A stretch of 64,000 nt of DNA from the human T2T-CHM13v2.0 reference genome, Homo sapiens: assembly GCF_009914755.1 (NCBI RefSeq), contig NC_060934.1. One strand, written 5' to 3'. The position numbers and the translations under genes are program-made. A model generated the notes under the pieces. The model was given only the letters and a program-made list of their open reading frames with translations. It ran no database searches and was not told the DNA's origin. How positions within the stretch are numbered: the stretch's first letter is position 1; each line of letters opens with the position of its first letter. Shown here one piece after another: positions 47,909-61,898 of the stretch.

Positions 47909-49626
47909 TCATTTTCTTTTCTATTTAGAATGAGCCAGGCTGGGTGTTAACCACCCATGTCAGGCTGATGTACCCTTCTCTAATGATTTATGCCATACAC
48001 ACAAGCTGTGATTTCCTTACACCCACAGGCTTGTTCAACCAGTCCCATGCCCACCATCTATCTTGAATCAGCAGCACAGGAAGGAAGCAGGAGATCCTGT
48101 CTTGTGCTAACATTTCCAGCTTCTTCACCAAGACTTCCTCTGGCTTCTCTTTGAAAGGTTTTGCTGGTGCAGGTGACAGGGGCAGCATTTGCCACTAAAA
48201 TGCTGGTGTCCTTCATGCCTAAAGGCAGCCTGTACCAAATGACATAAACAATGCAATCTTAAATTACTCATTTTGGAAATGCATATGTAAACAAACACAG
48301 ATTTTTAGGCCTCATTTGGGAGACAAGAACATTGGGATTCATGTTCCCTTTGATTTTATCAGTAATTTATCAGATTGAGAAAATTAATGGGATTTATTCA
48401 GCAATGGATGAGGAAAGATGCAGCTGGCAGTTCTTTATTCTGGCCTATGCTAAATAAATCATTTCACATCTTTCTGCCTGATTTTTTTTTATTTCTGGAA
48501 AGCTAGCCTTCCTTAGGGCATAATTCACAAGACTTATTTTTAATTACTTTGCAGATACGATACAGTAGGATTAAGAAAACCCTGGTTTAGGAATAAGTGA
48601 AACAAATACTGTTAAACTTTTGGACTAGTCACGCTTGTGGTCCTTAGTAAGCTGGTAATACTGCCTCTGCTGTCTTTTAGTTTGTAGGATCTTGAGCCCA
48701 TGGATAGAACACTATAGAAGAAAAATGGCTATATTCATTGAATAGCATTATTGCAGCTGCTGTTTATTACCTATCAATATCTATTCCCCAAAACTCACAT
48801 TAGAAGAAGCAGAACTGGAAAAAAAGAATGACTGAATGAATGGTTTCTAGCTGTTATAGATTCTCATTATTTCGAAAAATGCATCTTGATATTTCAGCCA
48901 GTTCACTGGCACCTGCTTGTGAAGATACCCTCTGTGGACTGAGAGTTATCTATGGACGCACTTTCTAGATGTTGCTTCAAGAAGATTTCTTCAATGTCAA
49001 AGGGGCTTCTAGGACTATATTAGCTCTGCATTAAAGTGGTGGCATTATTTGTATCTTGGGGAGTGGCTATTTTTCAATGACAGACATGCATTTATTTAAG
49101 TGAAGAATTAAAAAAAAAACCGCAAGTTTATGGTCATTCTATGGTAATGCGGATTCTGTTATTTGACATGTAGATATAAAACCGTGTGTTTAAAATCCCT
49201 TGCATGGCTCCAAAATTCAGGTCTCAGTTGCTACTTGGAAACAGGCTGACTATTCCAAGGAGTCCTAGATTCTAAGGTACAAACTGAGATGAAAACAAAT
49301 AAAAAAGGATAGAGTGCTAAGAAAAAATGAGGGTGATAGCATGAGGTACTTTCCCCAGCAAAGCACATGTACTTTGCCTCTTCATGTTAGAAATTCTCAA
49401 TCTGTGCTGTAATTTTGGGATGGTGGCCCATTCTATCATGGGATCATTTAGTCAACAGTAGCAAAAGGGACTTCACATACATAATAAATAAAGAAAACTT
49501 TCTTGAGATGCTCATCATTTACATTAGCTATTTGGAATTGGGTTTAAAATCAAATTCTCTTAGGAGCCTAATAACTACCAGAGAAAGTGATTGAGCATAA
49601 GAAGTAGAATTCAAAAACAGCAAAAC

Positions 49627-49950
49627 GGCTGGGCACAGTGGCTCACGCCTGTAATCCCAGCACTTTGGGAGGCTGAGGTGGGTGGATCAGGAGGTCAGGA
49701 GTTCAAGACCAGCCTGGCCAAGATAGTGAAACCCCATCTGTACTAAAAATACAAAAATTAGCCCGGCATGGCGGCAGGTGCCTGTAATCCCAGCTATTCA
49801 GGAGGCTGAGGCAGAAAACTGCTTGAACCCGGGAGGCGGAGGTTGCAGTGAGCCTAGATTGAGCCACTGCCTCCAGCCTGGGCAGCAGAGTGAGACTCCA
49901 TCTCAAAAAACAAAAAACAAAAAAACAAAAAGCAACAACAACAAAAAAAA
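49627..49950 (+). mobile_element. AluSg-like
   Basis: ggatcaggaggtcaggagtt (2-bp deletion type), compound tail. Confidence 0.93.
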
Positions 49951-50297
49951 CCTCGGAATTTAGAAATACAAACCCATGCATTTGACTGAGCTCCTAAACT
50001 CTTTATTTTTTGCAACACTTAGCATCATGTAGCTTGTTTGTTTTTGCTGGATATAAAGGCCTGAGAGTGACTGGGAGGCCATTGAAGATAGATGGAAACG
50101 CCTCTCTATGGCATTGGCTGGAGGAAACCATTAAAAAAGTGAAAAGTTAATTGTACTTATTGAAGAGATTGTGCCACGTCAGCATAAGCATTGTCTGTTT
50201 TAATGTAGGCCTTGGCCAAGGTCCCATGAACCATTAATTAATATTATGGTTTAGTTGTCAGCAGGTCAACATGGGTGCTAAATTTCATGATTCGTCT

Positions 50298-50363
50298 GTA
50301 AAGTTAAAACATAGACTTAAAATCATGACTGTGAAGTTAAACTATGGATTTAAGATCATGACT
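50298..50363. repeat. 33-bp diverged tandem duplication
   Basis: gtaaagttaaaacatagacttaaaatcatgact / gtgaagttaaactatggatttaagatcatgact. Confidence 0.85.
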
Positions 50364-52344
50364 GTATCTTTCTTCTGGGCACACATAGCCATCTAGGATA
50401 CATTGATGTCTAGACTATTTCTCTAACTCTGAACGAATCTAGGTCCCTATAAAGAAGAGTGCTGAGTTTTGGTCTCTCCTTGAACTGTCTGCTTGCTGGG
50501 TGTTTTCATTGAGGCTTTCCGAGGCTAGTGTCTTTTAGTTTCTCGTGCTAAATTTACTGTCTCCTACCTTTAAGAGCTGCTTTAAGGCTTGTTTGGACCA
50601 TCTATGCCAACTCCATTGAGAAATCAGCAGTTTCTTCTCATAAAGTCTTTATGAGTCTCTTGAAATCATCTGGTAGTGGAGAATGTAAAAAGACTTGATG
50701 ATTTTTCCCCCCGATGGAATTTAAAAGCCAAAGCACCAAAATTACTCTTAAATCAGAATTTACATCCTAAATTATTTCAGAGATACATTTCACTGCCTGG
50801 TACAAAACCTGGGCGTAATTTCAGATTTGGGGCAAAGAAGGGTCCACCTCATTAAAATTTACCACTGCAATCTCTATTGTTCCCTCCAGCGCTCCCATTT
50901 ATGGGGCTGACATCACCCAGAGATGAGGGCGAAGTTTTTGTGGCACTGTTTCAAAAGCTAAACACCTCTCAGTTAGTCACTAAGTTAATAGCAACACAAG
51001 AACTGTTAAAGATGCACCAAGCTCACTAGAACTGGAATTACAACAGAGTAACTTCTTGCTGTGCCGAAGGGGGAAAGCTGAACAAACAAGCACTTCCAGC
51101 CGGATCAGAAATGGGTAGAACGACATCTGAGACAGCTGAAAGTGGCTTCATGGAAACCCAGATCCAAGGGTGGCTAGTGGCTAGGATGGCGGGTGTTGAA
51201 ATGTTATCTTGAGGGCTTAACAGATCTCTTCTCTACCCATCACTGGCTTGGTTCAATGTCAAGATGGCATGGGACATTCTTCTTGTACCTGGATTTGACT
51301 ACTCACAGTTTCCTCTTAATATTCTCCCTTATTTTAATCTGTGCCAATGGCAAAGTTTCAGCCTGGAATCAGGCTGGATACTAAGCAAGAAAAAGTTCAA
51401 CTTAATTTCAACCCATTCGCTTCCTCTTCTCCGGCTCTGATCACAAACTCCTCTCTCCTTCTATGTAAACTTCTAGTCTTTGTATATCTCTTTAGTCAAT
51501 TTTGCAAAAAGAAATAAAATACACAGAATAAAACGGCAAAGACCGTCTTTTTTTTTTTTTTTTACTATAAAAACTTCAAAAAGTCATTCTACTTTAGACT
51601 GTATATGGGCGTTTTTTCTTCTTCTGAAGCTGTTGCTCTAAAAAATCTGAGAGATGTTTTATGTTTTTGCAGCTGTATGGCTTTAAGACAGGCTCAGAAT
51701 CATTTATTGGCATTTCTGACCGAACTTCTTGTTTTTATAGGTGTGTAAATGTGTTATCGAAGATATTCTGGCGTTTACCAAAGATTCAAGTTTGTAGGCT
51801 TTCACTAAGGAAGACTGCTACTTTTCTCTCTCTCTCTCTTCTGCTTTCTCGAAAGAGAAGAAACGGTGTACTTGACAGGTGTCCTGGTGTTGTGCACTGT
51901 CTTCGACTAAATTTATTTTGCTTGAGGTTATTTGCGCTACAAATCTAAAATTCCAGGACTCAAGACAAGATTTTTTTCCCCTTTCCCCTCCCCTCTGGCC
52001 ATAGCTTGTCAAGCGTTTTATGTGAATGTTACTGTTTCATTTCCATTTCTCCAGAAACATCATTTTTACATCATTTCAGATTTATCTCACCGAACTTTAC
52101 CAATGATTCCAAAACCTGTCTCTGTATCAGAATTATGTGGGGAAAGATGTTTAAAATCTCCACGTGGGGGCCTAGAAATCTGTATCTGAAACTCTCCCCA
52201 GATGCCCATGGTGATGGACGAGTGTGGGAGGCGCCGATGGAGAGGTGTGTGTGCAGGAAGGCAGACAGAAACGGAAAAAGGGGCCTCGTCGTTGCCACCT
52301 TGGTAGAAGGCAGGGTCCAATCAATTGTTCTCTTATGTTTGGAT

Positions 52345-52650
52345 TAAACAAACATTTATTGAATACCTACTATGTGCTGGCAGCATGCCAGGCACGAGAA
52401 TGTTGAAATGAACAAGAGCCAGCTACAACCCTGATGTTCCCCTAGTCTAGCGAGAGGGACTGACGCGGAACAGAGACACTTTCCATTGAACGCGGTTGTG
52501 TCAAGACGGAGCTCGAGGCGGGACACTTAGCTGAGCTCTGGGGTTGAGAGAAGGCTCCTGAAGAAGGCACCTAAGGTGAACCTTGACAGGCAGTGATGGC
52601 TGCTGTGTGGAGGAGGCTGCAGGAACAGTTCACACAAGTGTGGTCAACAA
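52345..52650 (-). mobile_element. L2 relic (CpG-enriched)
   Basis: caaacatttattgaatacctactatgtgctgg...gaaatgaacaaga...ctagtctag. Confidence 0.75.
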
Positions 52651-52654
52651 GGAG

Positions 52655-52845
52655 GGCAGGGGTGGGGGGTGGGAAGGGGGGGCGGGAGCCGGGAGGCAAG
52701 CTGGGTGGGGCGGGGCTATATGGGACAGGGCCGGGCTAGACGAGATGGGGCGGGGCTATGCAGGGTGGGAGGGGCTAGGCTGGGCGGGGCTGAGCAGAGT
52801 GGGGCAGGGCTAAGTGCGGAGGGCAGGGCCAGGGCGCAAGGGGCC
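52655..52845 (+). promoter_or_regulatory. GC-box (Sp/KLF) cluster and G-quadruplex-prone tract; candidate promoter or enhancer
   Basis: Repeated GGGCGGGGCT-like motifs about 20 bp apart within a CpG-enriched region. Confidence 0.5.
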
Positions 52846-53397
52846 TTGTTTTCCGAGTTTATCAAACAGAATCAAGGCTGATATTGATATTTCTCATGGG
52901 GGGAATGGCACTCACCCCCCCCGCCCCACATTCCCAGAGACCAAGCAATAGACAACTCCAATGTAGGAGAAGAAAAGAAAGAGCGTGCTGCATTAAAGGG
53001 GAATTAGTCAGCACACGGCACTTATTTTTATATGAAGCAAGTGTCTCCCACTATTCTTTAGAATGAAGGCTGTGATTATTTCCTGGGCATGACTGGGGAT
53101 CTATAAGGGCAGAAGGTAAGTCTGGCACGAGGTGATCACTCTCAGTCCAATTTTAGTCAAAGTCTGGCATATAAAAAAACCAAGCACAAATAATTAATAT
53201 TAATAGTATTATATTCATATGTACTAGTAATGTTTATAATGTTAACAATAGCTAACGTTTAATAATACTTTTTAAGTGCCCGGCAGTATCCTATATACTT
53301 TACATGCATCAATTTGTTGAATCATTGCAACATTCTTATGAGGAAACCATTATGATAGAGTAGACAAAGCTACCCATCAAAAGTTGGGTCTCTGTAG

Positions 53398-53807
<410 letters not shown>

Positions 53808-53874
53808 TGAGGCACAAGCACCTCTAAAGGACAAATTTTCACAGCCTTTATTAGTTGCAAACGTTTATACACTG

Positions 53875-54230
53875 CTTGGGGTGAATATGGGTCTTTGACT
53901 CTCAGAATCCATTTCCATCCCTTTCTGGTGTGTTTTCCTGAACTGCAGAGATTAGGAAGCTGAAGAACACGTTATTTGACTCCCTTGCAGCGAGGGTTCT
54001 GGATGCAAATTAGATTTCACTACTCAGGTGATTTGACATGACATTTGGCGATTTTTTCCACCACAGATATGGCGGTGAAGACATGGAGTTTTTCCACTGC
54101 CATATTTTGGTATCCATTAGCTGGCTTTGTGGATTCCGAGTGGCATCTGCCTCAGGAGTGGCGGCAGCACCTGATCCAAGCTTCCTGGTCCAGGAGTGGT
54201 GCCCGATCCCTGTGGTAATTATTTCTGTGC
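53875..54230 (+). mobile_element. LTR33-like ERVL LTR fragment
   Basis: gactcccttgcagcgagggttctggatgcaaattag. Confidence 0.65.
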
Positions 54231-55419
54231 TATTATTTTCTTTCTAGTTTTAGCACCCAAGTGGGTGTCCCTCATCACCAACCTAAAGTTTAATTTTGCC
54301 TGTTTCAAAAGAGTTTTTATATATGTCTTTTAAACAGTATGGCATTTTAAAAACTCATTGAGACAACTTTACATGAACCCAAGGAGAAGAGAGTACCGCT
54401 GGTGAACAGACAGGCTCGGGGATAGTGCTGATGGGTTCGTGCAGCAGGAAAAGCTTAAGCTGGGGTGCAGGATTGAGAGAGGACTTGTGGGGGGGGCTCC
54501 TATCTGGCAGGAGCAGGGTGTGGGGGAGCTGACCCGGTGCCTTCACCCCATCCCCTCTGCCTTCCCTATCTGCCATCAGTGGGCGATTGAAGGAAGAGGA
54601 GACTGTGCTCACCACTGCAAGGACAGGTGCAACAGGAGTCCACTAAAGCCCAGGAAGACGATGGTGATGGGCTCAAAAGCAGCTGTGGACCCTGGGACAT
54701 CGTGATGTGACACTGGTGCTTCCAGCCTGTCTCGGCCCCTTAACTATCAACCATGGGGCCTTTAACCTGAACGAGGGGAGACTTAGTGGCAGCACTCACC
54801 TTTCCTGTTGAAGATCTGAAAACAGAAGGGAAAATGAGAGAAAATCAGGCAAAATGCAAGGAACAAACAAAACACCCACATAGGTTTTTCTGGTGGGGCT
54901 GGCAGCTTGGTGAAAAGTTCAGGGGAATGGGAATGGGAGAGAATATAGGATTTGTAAAAGGGTAGAAAAGGCAAAGTTCTGCTCTTCTGGCCAAGCCTGC
55001 TGAGTTTCAATGTTCATTTTATTTTCCCCAAATAATAAAAATAAGTTTCTGGCTGCAGCTGAGTGACAAGGCACAGAAATGGGGTGCTATGAACGTGCGA
55101 GGGGGGAAGAAAAGCACCATTCCAAACACCAGGCTCGGATTCTCTTTGTGTGGGCAGAAAGTTTTATTATTATTATTTTATTTCATACATCATTAAAATG
55201 CTTTGGCATTTTCCCCAAGTCAGCATGTTTTAAAAAAGTTAATGAGGAAGGAAAACACTAGAGAAAAATAAAATTCTGATTATTTGTAAAAAGGTGCTAT
55301 GGAAAGCAGGGGCTAAAGATTTCTCCATCATTCTCCCCTCCTTTTTTTTTCAGGGACGCTCTCTGCTGATGGACTTCACTTTTCCTTGGCCATGAGAGCT
55401 TTTCAGTGTGTAATTGAAG

Positions 55420-55625
55420 TCAGAGAATGCCTGTGATTCTAGTCCCCCATCCTTTCTGTGGCCTTGGGCAAGGTGCTTAACCGCTGGGTGCCTCAGTTTC
55501 CCCCTCTGTAAAATGGGGATAATCATACTTAATTGCTTCACCATGCTGAGGTAAGGATTAATTAGTTGATGTTTGTAAATGGCTTTGAAGCCAGAAAATG
55601 CTACAACAGAGCTGGGCATTATTCT
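55420..55625 (+). mobile_element. MIR
   Basis: ccttgggcaaggtgcttaacc...gcctcagtttccccctctgtaaaatggggataat. Confidence 0.85.
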
Positions 55626-56989
55626 TAATAATACATTTCAACTGAGTTGATAATTGCATTTGCTGTCTCAAATTTCCCTGGCAGTTTCAGCTGATGAACT
55701 TATTTTTCAACTTCACTCATTAAAAAGAAATAAAAAGCACCTCTGCTGGCAGAGAATGGCTCTGGTCTTCATTGCAAGGATGAGCTCAGATTTGCCATGG
55801 GTGAGTGTATATCTGCTCCATAGGAATTCAGTAAGAGGCTCTGTAAAATAGCAAATGGGATGCAAGGTTGCCTTTATGGCTAAGCAGCTTTTTTAAAAAG
55901 GAAGAAAATGCTCGTCACAAATGTGCAAGGTGAGAATCAAGCAGATCTGGGAGGAAACCACTTTCCAGAATTGATTCAATTCCTATTCTCTGGACCTAAC
56001 CGCAAAGTGGTTTATCTGTTGTCTGCCGTGAGTTGTTTTTTTCTCTTTGGTCCCCTTTTCTGGCCTCCACCCCTTCCTGTGCTAGGTCACTTCAGGGTGC
56101 GTGGTGTGTGTGTCTCAAATCTCATGCAAGATCCATGTCTATCCCCCGCTTCCCTTTGTGTCAACTCAAAGAATCATTTTTGCACAGTTGAGCTCAGACC
56201 CGTCGAAATGAGATGAACGTTGCAGTGGGATGATATCACAGCAAAGCCCTTGTTCCATGGCAGGGGTTCAAGAAATATTTGTTTAGTGGAGCCAGGTCTT
56301 TGAGACTTCCTGAGTTCCTGATGCTGAACACCTAGTAAAATGATGTCATATAACTGCCTAGGCTAGGAGGTGCAGCTTCAGCAAGGACCGATGCTCCCAA
56401 CAGGCCTTTGTTTAGATGTGCATTTTGCATAATTTTCCCGAAAGGGGCATCGTACTTTGCTTTTATCTACCCACACTCTCATTTAGTGATTCTTAAAGTG
56501 AAGTCTCTAGGCTGACACCAGGGAACAGGCTAAAAATGAAGAATCTCAGACCTCACGTTTGAGAACCATGGGTCTGGTTCAGTCCTCGCTTGATCAATAA
56601 CAAATTCCGGGGGGCCTGGGCTATGGGCTGCTGTCAGTAGCCACTCGGCTGAATAAGGAAACAAAACAACCCATGCCAGAACTCAGGGCCTTTCGCCCGG
56701 GAACATCTTGCCTGGAAAACCTGAATGATCTTCTTGCAATTGGCCTAGAACTGAGGAGGAAGGCTTGGGTGACTCTTTTAGCTGTCTCAGAACTCCTACC
56801 TATACTTCCCAACCGTAGGAAGCCTGCCCAACCCATTCCAAGTCCTTTTCTCTGAATTTGTCATCAGCGGTGCCACTCAAATGAATACTTACACTTATCT
56901 GGTATATGAGGTTTCTGTAATTTGATGCCAGCATTTACTTCTTGGGTCAGTTGGATGCTCCATGAGGACAGATACCATGTCTTCGTATA

Positions 56990-57283
56990 CATGTATATAT
57001 TTTGAGACAGAGTCTGGCTGTTTCCCAGGCTGGAGTGATGTGGTGCAATCATCACTCACTGCAGCCTCAACCTCCCAGGCTCAAGCCATCCTCCTGCCTC
57101 AGCCTCCTGAGTAGGTGGGACCACAGGTGTGTGACACCATGCCTGGCTAATTTTTAAATTTTTTGTAGAGACAGGGTCCCATTATGTTGCCTGAGCTGGT
57201 CTCAAACTCCTGGCCTCAAGCGATCCTCCCACCTCAGCCTCCCAAAGTGCTGGGATTACAGGCATGAGCCACTGTGCCCCAGC
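56990..57283 (-). mobile_element. AluJ inserted in an L2 relic
   Basis: TSD tgtcttc(g/a)tata. Confidence 0.93.
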
Positions 57284-58300
57284 GTGTCTTCATATATTTG
57301 ATGTCCCACTGTGGTTTTCACAGCAGTGTGTGCTCAGTGGAGTTTTGCAGGTTGATTCCTACAGGACCGTGACCTAGAGACTTCCATCCTTTCCAGATAG
57401 AGAGGTGTCCAGCATCCGGATGGGGTCGTGAGCAGGGAAGATAGTTGTGGAGCTTGTCAGTTGTGGGGCTCATCTTTGCTTTAGGTAAGTATTTGGCGTG
57501 AACATCAGGCTATCCCCTGCTTGGTGAGAACTTTGTGAAGGCACAACTTTGCAATCATCCAGCAGACTTTGAATTACAAACTTTTTTTTTTCGAATGGCA
57601 GCGCTTACGCTATTGGGAGGCACAGGAAAGGTTTCTTGGTGTTTTGAATCCTAATGGCAACTTTGAATCTTAGGTACCCCCAGTTTTATCATATTAATAC
57701 ATTTTATTGGAATTATGCATCAAGTAGTCAATCAACAAAGATGTGTGAAATGTTCCCTATATGCTAGGATTTTCTGAATCTCACTTGCTGGTTAAGGGAA
57801 ACCCTCAGCTGAAGTCCTCAGTCCCTGACTTTGGAAAAGACTGTGATTTAATTGTGAGAACCCTGGGTTGCCTTCAGCAGATGCTAGAGTTGATTTGAGT
57901 AATTCAACTTTGAGTAATTCAGGCCTAAGGGCTTGATACTGCCCTTTGAGAATGATAAATGGTACAACAAGGACAGGACTGGCTCCTTTTAAGCTCAGTA
58001 TCTCCCATCTGCAGGACTCCAGGGTGCCCTACAATCTTGAACTGATATCCTAGGGATAACAGTAATTAGAGTCTTCAACGTAGTTGGCAACTATTCATTA
58101 GCAGCTCTCAGGGAAGGAGAGAGAGAAGAGGAACAAATGACCCAGAATCTTTCCCATTTTGCAGACATGGGAAACCGAGGCAGGAAAAATCAGATGCCTT
58201 GCCTAAAACTACATTCTGAAAACTGAACTTAAAACAGAGGTGGCTTACTTTCCCGTAAATTTTGGAGGTCTATGGAAAGACACAACTTTTCACTACGTAT

Positions 58301-58540
58301 CAACGTTTCTCAACCTTCGTACCACTGACACTCTGGACCAGATAATTCTTTGTTGTGTGTGTATGTGTACACTCGTGTGCATGCTGTACTAAGCACTGTA
58401 GCATGTTTAGCTCTATCCGTGTCCTTGACCCACTATATGCCAGGAGCACTCCTCCACTCCCATTTGTGACAGCCCAAAACATCTCTGGATATTACCAAAT
58501 GTCCCCTGAGAGGCAAATTGGTTCAGGTTGTGAACCATTC
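58301..58540. mobile_element. MER20 (hAT-Charlie)
   Basis: tttctcaacct...cactgacactctggaccagataattctttgttgt...ccaaatgtcccctg. Confidence 0.85.
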
Positions 58541-58654
58541 TTTTATACTGAAGATGTGAAATTAATATTCTGTGTGGTAAGCTGCTTATGGTCCCTCCAA
58601 TTTACTAAGCATTGACATTGACTGAACAAATAGCAGCATCACTTTTCTGGACAT

Positions 58655-58775
58655 CTGGGTGTGGTGGTGCAAGCCTGCAATCCCAGCTATGTGGAAGGCT
58701 GAAGGGGGAGGATCACTTGAGCCCAGGAGTTCGAGACCAGCCTGGGCGACACAGGGACACCACTGTCAAAAAAAC
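58655..58775 (+). mobile_element. FLAM-type monomer
   Basis: Single-arm Alu with A-rich tail. Confidence 0.88.
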
Positions 58776-59844
58776 CCAACAATCCCCAAACAAAGTTCTT
58801 TCTCTGTGAGACGCTGAAGCACACACACAATGGCCAGGAGAATGTTTCAAACAGAAGAGTTGATGGCATCTCCAGTGGTGGTGCTTAGACTTAGGACAGA
58901 GAACCATGCACTGTCTGGCTCTCCATTAGAAGGTAGCCCCATGATTTTGGAGACCTGAGTCTATATGACAGGCATCACAAATCTTTGTTGTTTCAGCATG
59001 AATCCATGATGTTGACATTGGAGCTTGCTTTGGAACCTGTGTTCTGAGAAGGCAGAACATCCTAGACACTAAGGCTGCCTCCTTCATCTGGGATAAGACC
59101 GCATCAGAAAGCCTCATCAGCTCATGAGAGCCGATTTGGATGTGAGCAACTGGGGCTTGTCTGGGGCTAGCCTGGGATGGGAGCCGTAGATTATTCAGCG
59201 GTGGAAGGAGGCTACTGCTGTAACCACCGTGGGTGGGAAGGACTGTGTGGCCTCCAGGTGGGAGAGTTAGCAGAGATGCAGGTGAGAGGGCCTGCTCCTT
59301 GGTGTCACTGGCAAACCCTAAAGCTGGGAGTGTGAGTGGAGTAACTCACCTGCTGCTTGGCATAGAGTGGCATCTTCCCGGTGATCCGGTGTGTGGGCAA
59401 CAGTCCGCTTTGCAAAGCAGGAGGCTTTCTGATGACGTCAGAAAGACAAGAATCTTCCCCAGGAGGGGGCCTGAGGGTGTCTCTCTCTTCTCTCATGCTA
59501 TGGGCTCCTGTGATGAGTCTGCAGTCTAGCCTGAACCCACTCCAAAGGCCCCGTTACTCAGTTCAAGGTAAATTCCTGCCAAAGACTGGTTGCTGTGGTG
59601 TGCATGGGGGGCGGGTCATGGGCATTTCTGACTCCTGACCTTTATGTTGGGTTTGTCCCTTTTGTTAACTTCACAGAAAGGAGAGGAAGATTTGCTCTCA
59701 TGCTCTTCTCTTCCCCTGGTGGTGTCATACGAGTCTGAAGCCCTGGTGTTCAAGTGGGTGTGGGGGTGAGGATGGGGAATGCAGAATGAGAGAGATGAGA
59801 TTTCTCAGCACAGAACAATTCAGAGTGCTAAAACTAGTACCTTT

Positions 59845-60103
59845 TAAAAAATATGTGTATTAAAAAAACATATATGTATATTTTAAAAAATGTATGTTTT
59901 TACGTATGTTTTTAAAAACACGTTTATTTAAAATATATGTGTATATATACATATATCAAAATACATATGTATATGTGTTTTAAAACATATGTATATGTTT
60001 TTAAATATATGTTTTAAAATATATATGTGTGTGTATATATAGATAGATATAGATATAGATATAGATATAGATATAGATATAGATATAGATAGATATAGAT
60101 ATA
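59845..60103. repeat. AT-rich low complexity plus (TAGATA)n microsatellite
   Basis: About 10 TAGATA units at 60040-60103, preceded by TA/CA-rich tract. Confidence 0.9.
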
Positions 60104-60223
60104 GTAGAGACTGGGTCTTGCTTTGTTACCCAGGCTGGTCTGAAACTCCTGGCCACAAAGCAATCCTCCTGCCTCAGCCTCCTAAAGTGCTGGGATTACA
60201 GGCAGGAGTCACTGCACCCGGCC
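60104..60223 (-). mobile_element. FLAM/left-arm Alu
   Basis: gtagagactgggtcttgc...gtgctgggattacagg. Confidence 0.88.
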
Positions 60224-60329
60224 TAAAGGTGACATCTAATCTGACTTTCCAAAGTCAGCTTAGTGAATACATCACACATTTCCAGTTGGCAGATTTTGAC
60301 TCTTCAATAATAAGGCAAGAATAACACCT

Positions 60330-60975
60330 TTTAAAAAAGTGCTTATTAAGATTTAATTGACATGCAATACATTGTACATATTTACATGTACAATCTGATG
60401 AGTTTTGACAAACGTGTGCACCCACAATCAAGATAGTGATCATATTCATCCCCCCCAAATTTCCTCTTGCCCCTTTGTAATCTCCCACACTTTCTGTCCT
60501 CACCTTTCCACCCACCCTAGCCTCAGGCAGCCAGCAATGATTTTCTGTCACTAGAGATCAGTTTCGGGAGCTTCGTGTCAATAGAGCTGCACAGTATTGT
60601 ATTTTTTTTTTTTTAATCTGGCTATCTGCACTCAGTGTGATGGTTTGGGGATACATCAGCATGGTGTGCACCAATAGTTTATTCCTTTTGATCGCTAATG
60701 GTGTTTCATTGTGTAGATATACCGCTAGTTTTTAATCTATTCTGCTGCTGATTGACATTTGGGTTGTCTCCAGTTTTTGTCTATTATAAATAAAGTCGCT
60801 ATAAACATTCACTTACAGGTCTTTATATGGACATAGGCTTGCTTTTGGGTAAATATTTTTATTTAGATAAATATCTAAACATGGACTAGGTGGATCAGAA
60901 GGTAGGTGTAATTTAACTTTGCAAGAATTGCCAAACTGCTTTCCAAAGTGAGTGTACCATTTTATATTCAGGAAT
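60330..60975 (-). mobile_element. L1MB-like 3' region
   Basis: gtacaatctgatgagttttgacaaa...gacatttgggttgtctccagtttt...ccaaactgctttccaaagtg. Confidence 0.85.
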
Positions 60976-61511
60976 GGCTTCTGAATCTTTTTTGAGAGGA
61001 AAGCATCAGGGAACCTAAGATTGTTGACTGTATACCAGGTAACCAAAAATGCTGGCTGAATCGGTGCAAGTGCCCATATCAACATCTATCTAGGAGTTCC
61101 TTCATAGCATCTATTTGTAGCAACTACATCATTTGTCAGGCTTCCTGCTTGTTTCTCATTTCTGCCAGAAGACATGGTCCTGATAATTAGTGAATACTCC
61201 TAAAACTTCTCTAGAGTGAGCAATCTCTCCTAGAGAGGCAGATTCGAGAAAAGAAAAATGACAATTTGTTCCTTCTTTGAGATGGAGAAGTGGACCTGAT
61301 TGACCCTTCAGGCCCAGGTCAGTAAATTGGTTAATCCCCTCAATTCCATATAGAGCATTAGAACTTTGACATCTGAAAAAATAGGCAAATAGAAACTAAA
61401 ATAGAAGTGTATTTTCCCAAATGGCATGGTGTGAGTCTCTTTATATTCCCAAGTGAGCAGATAATTGCAAAATCTTGATTTTTGTATTGTATAATTCTGG
61501 CCTAAAAGTAA

Positions 61512-61898
<387 letters not shown>

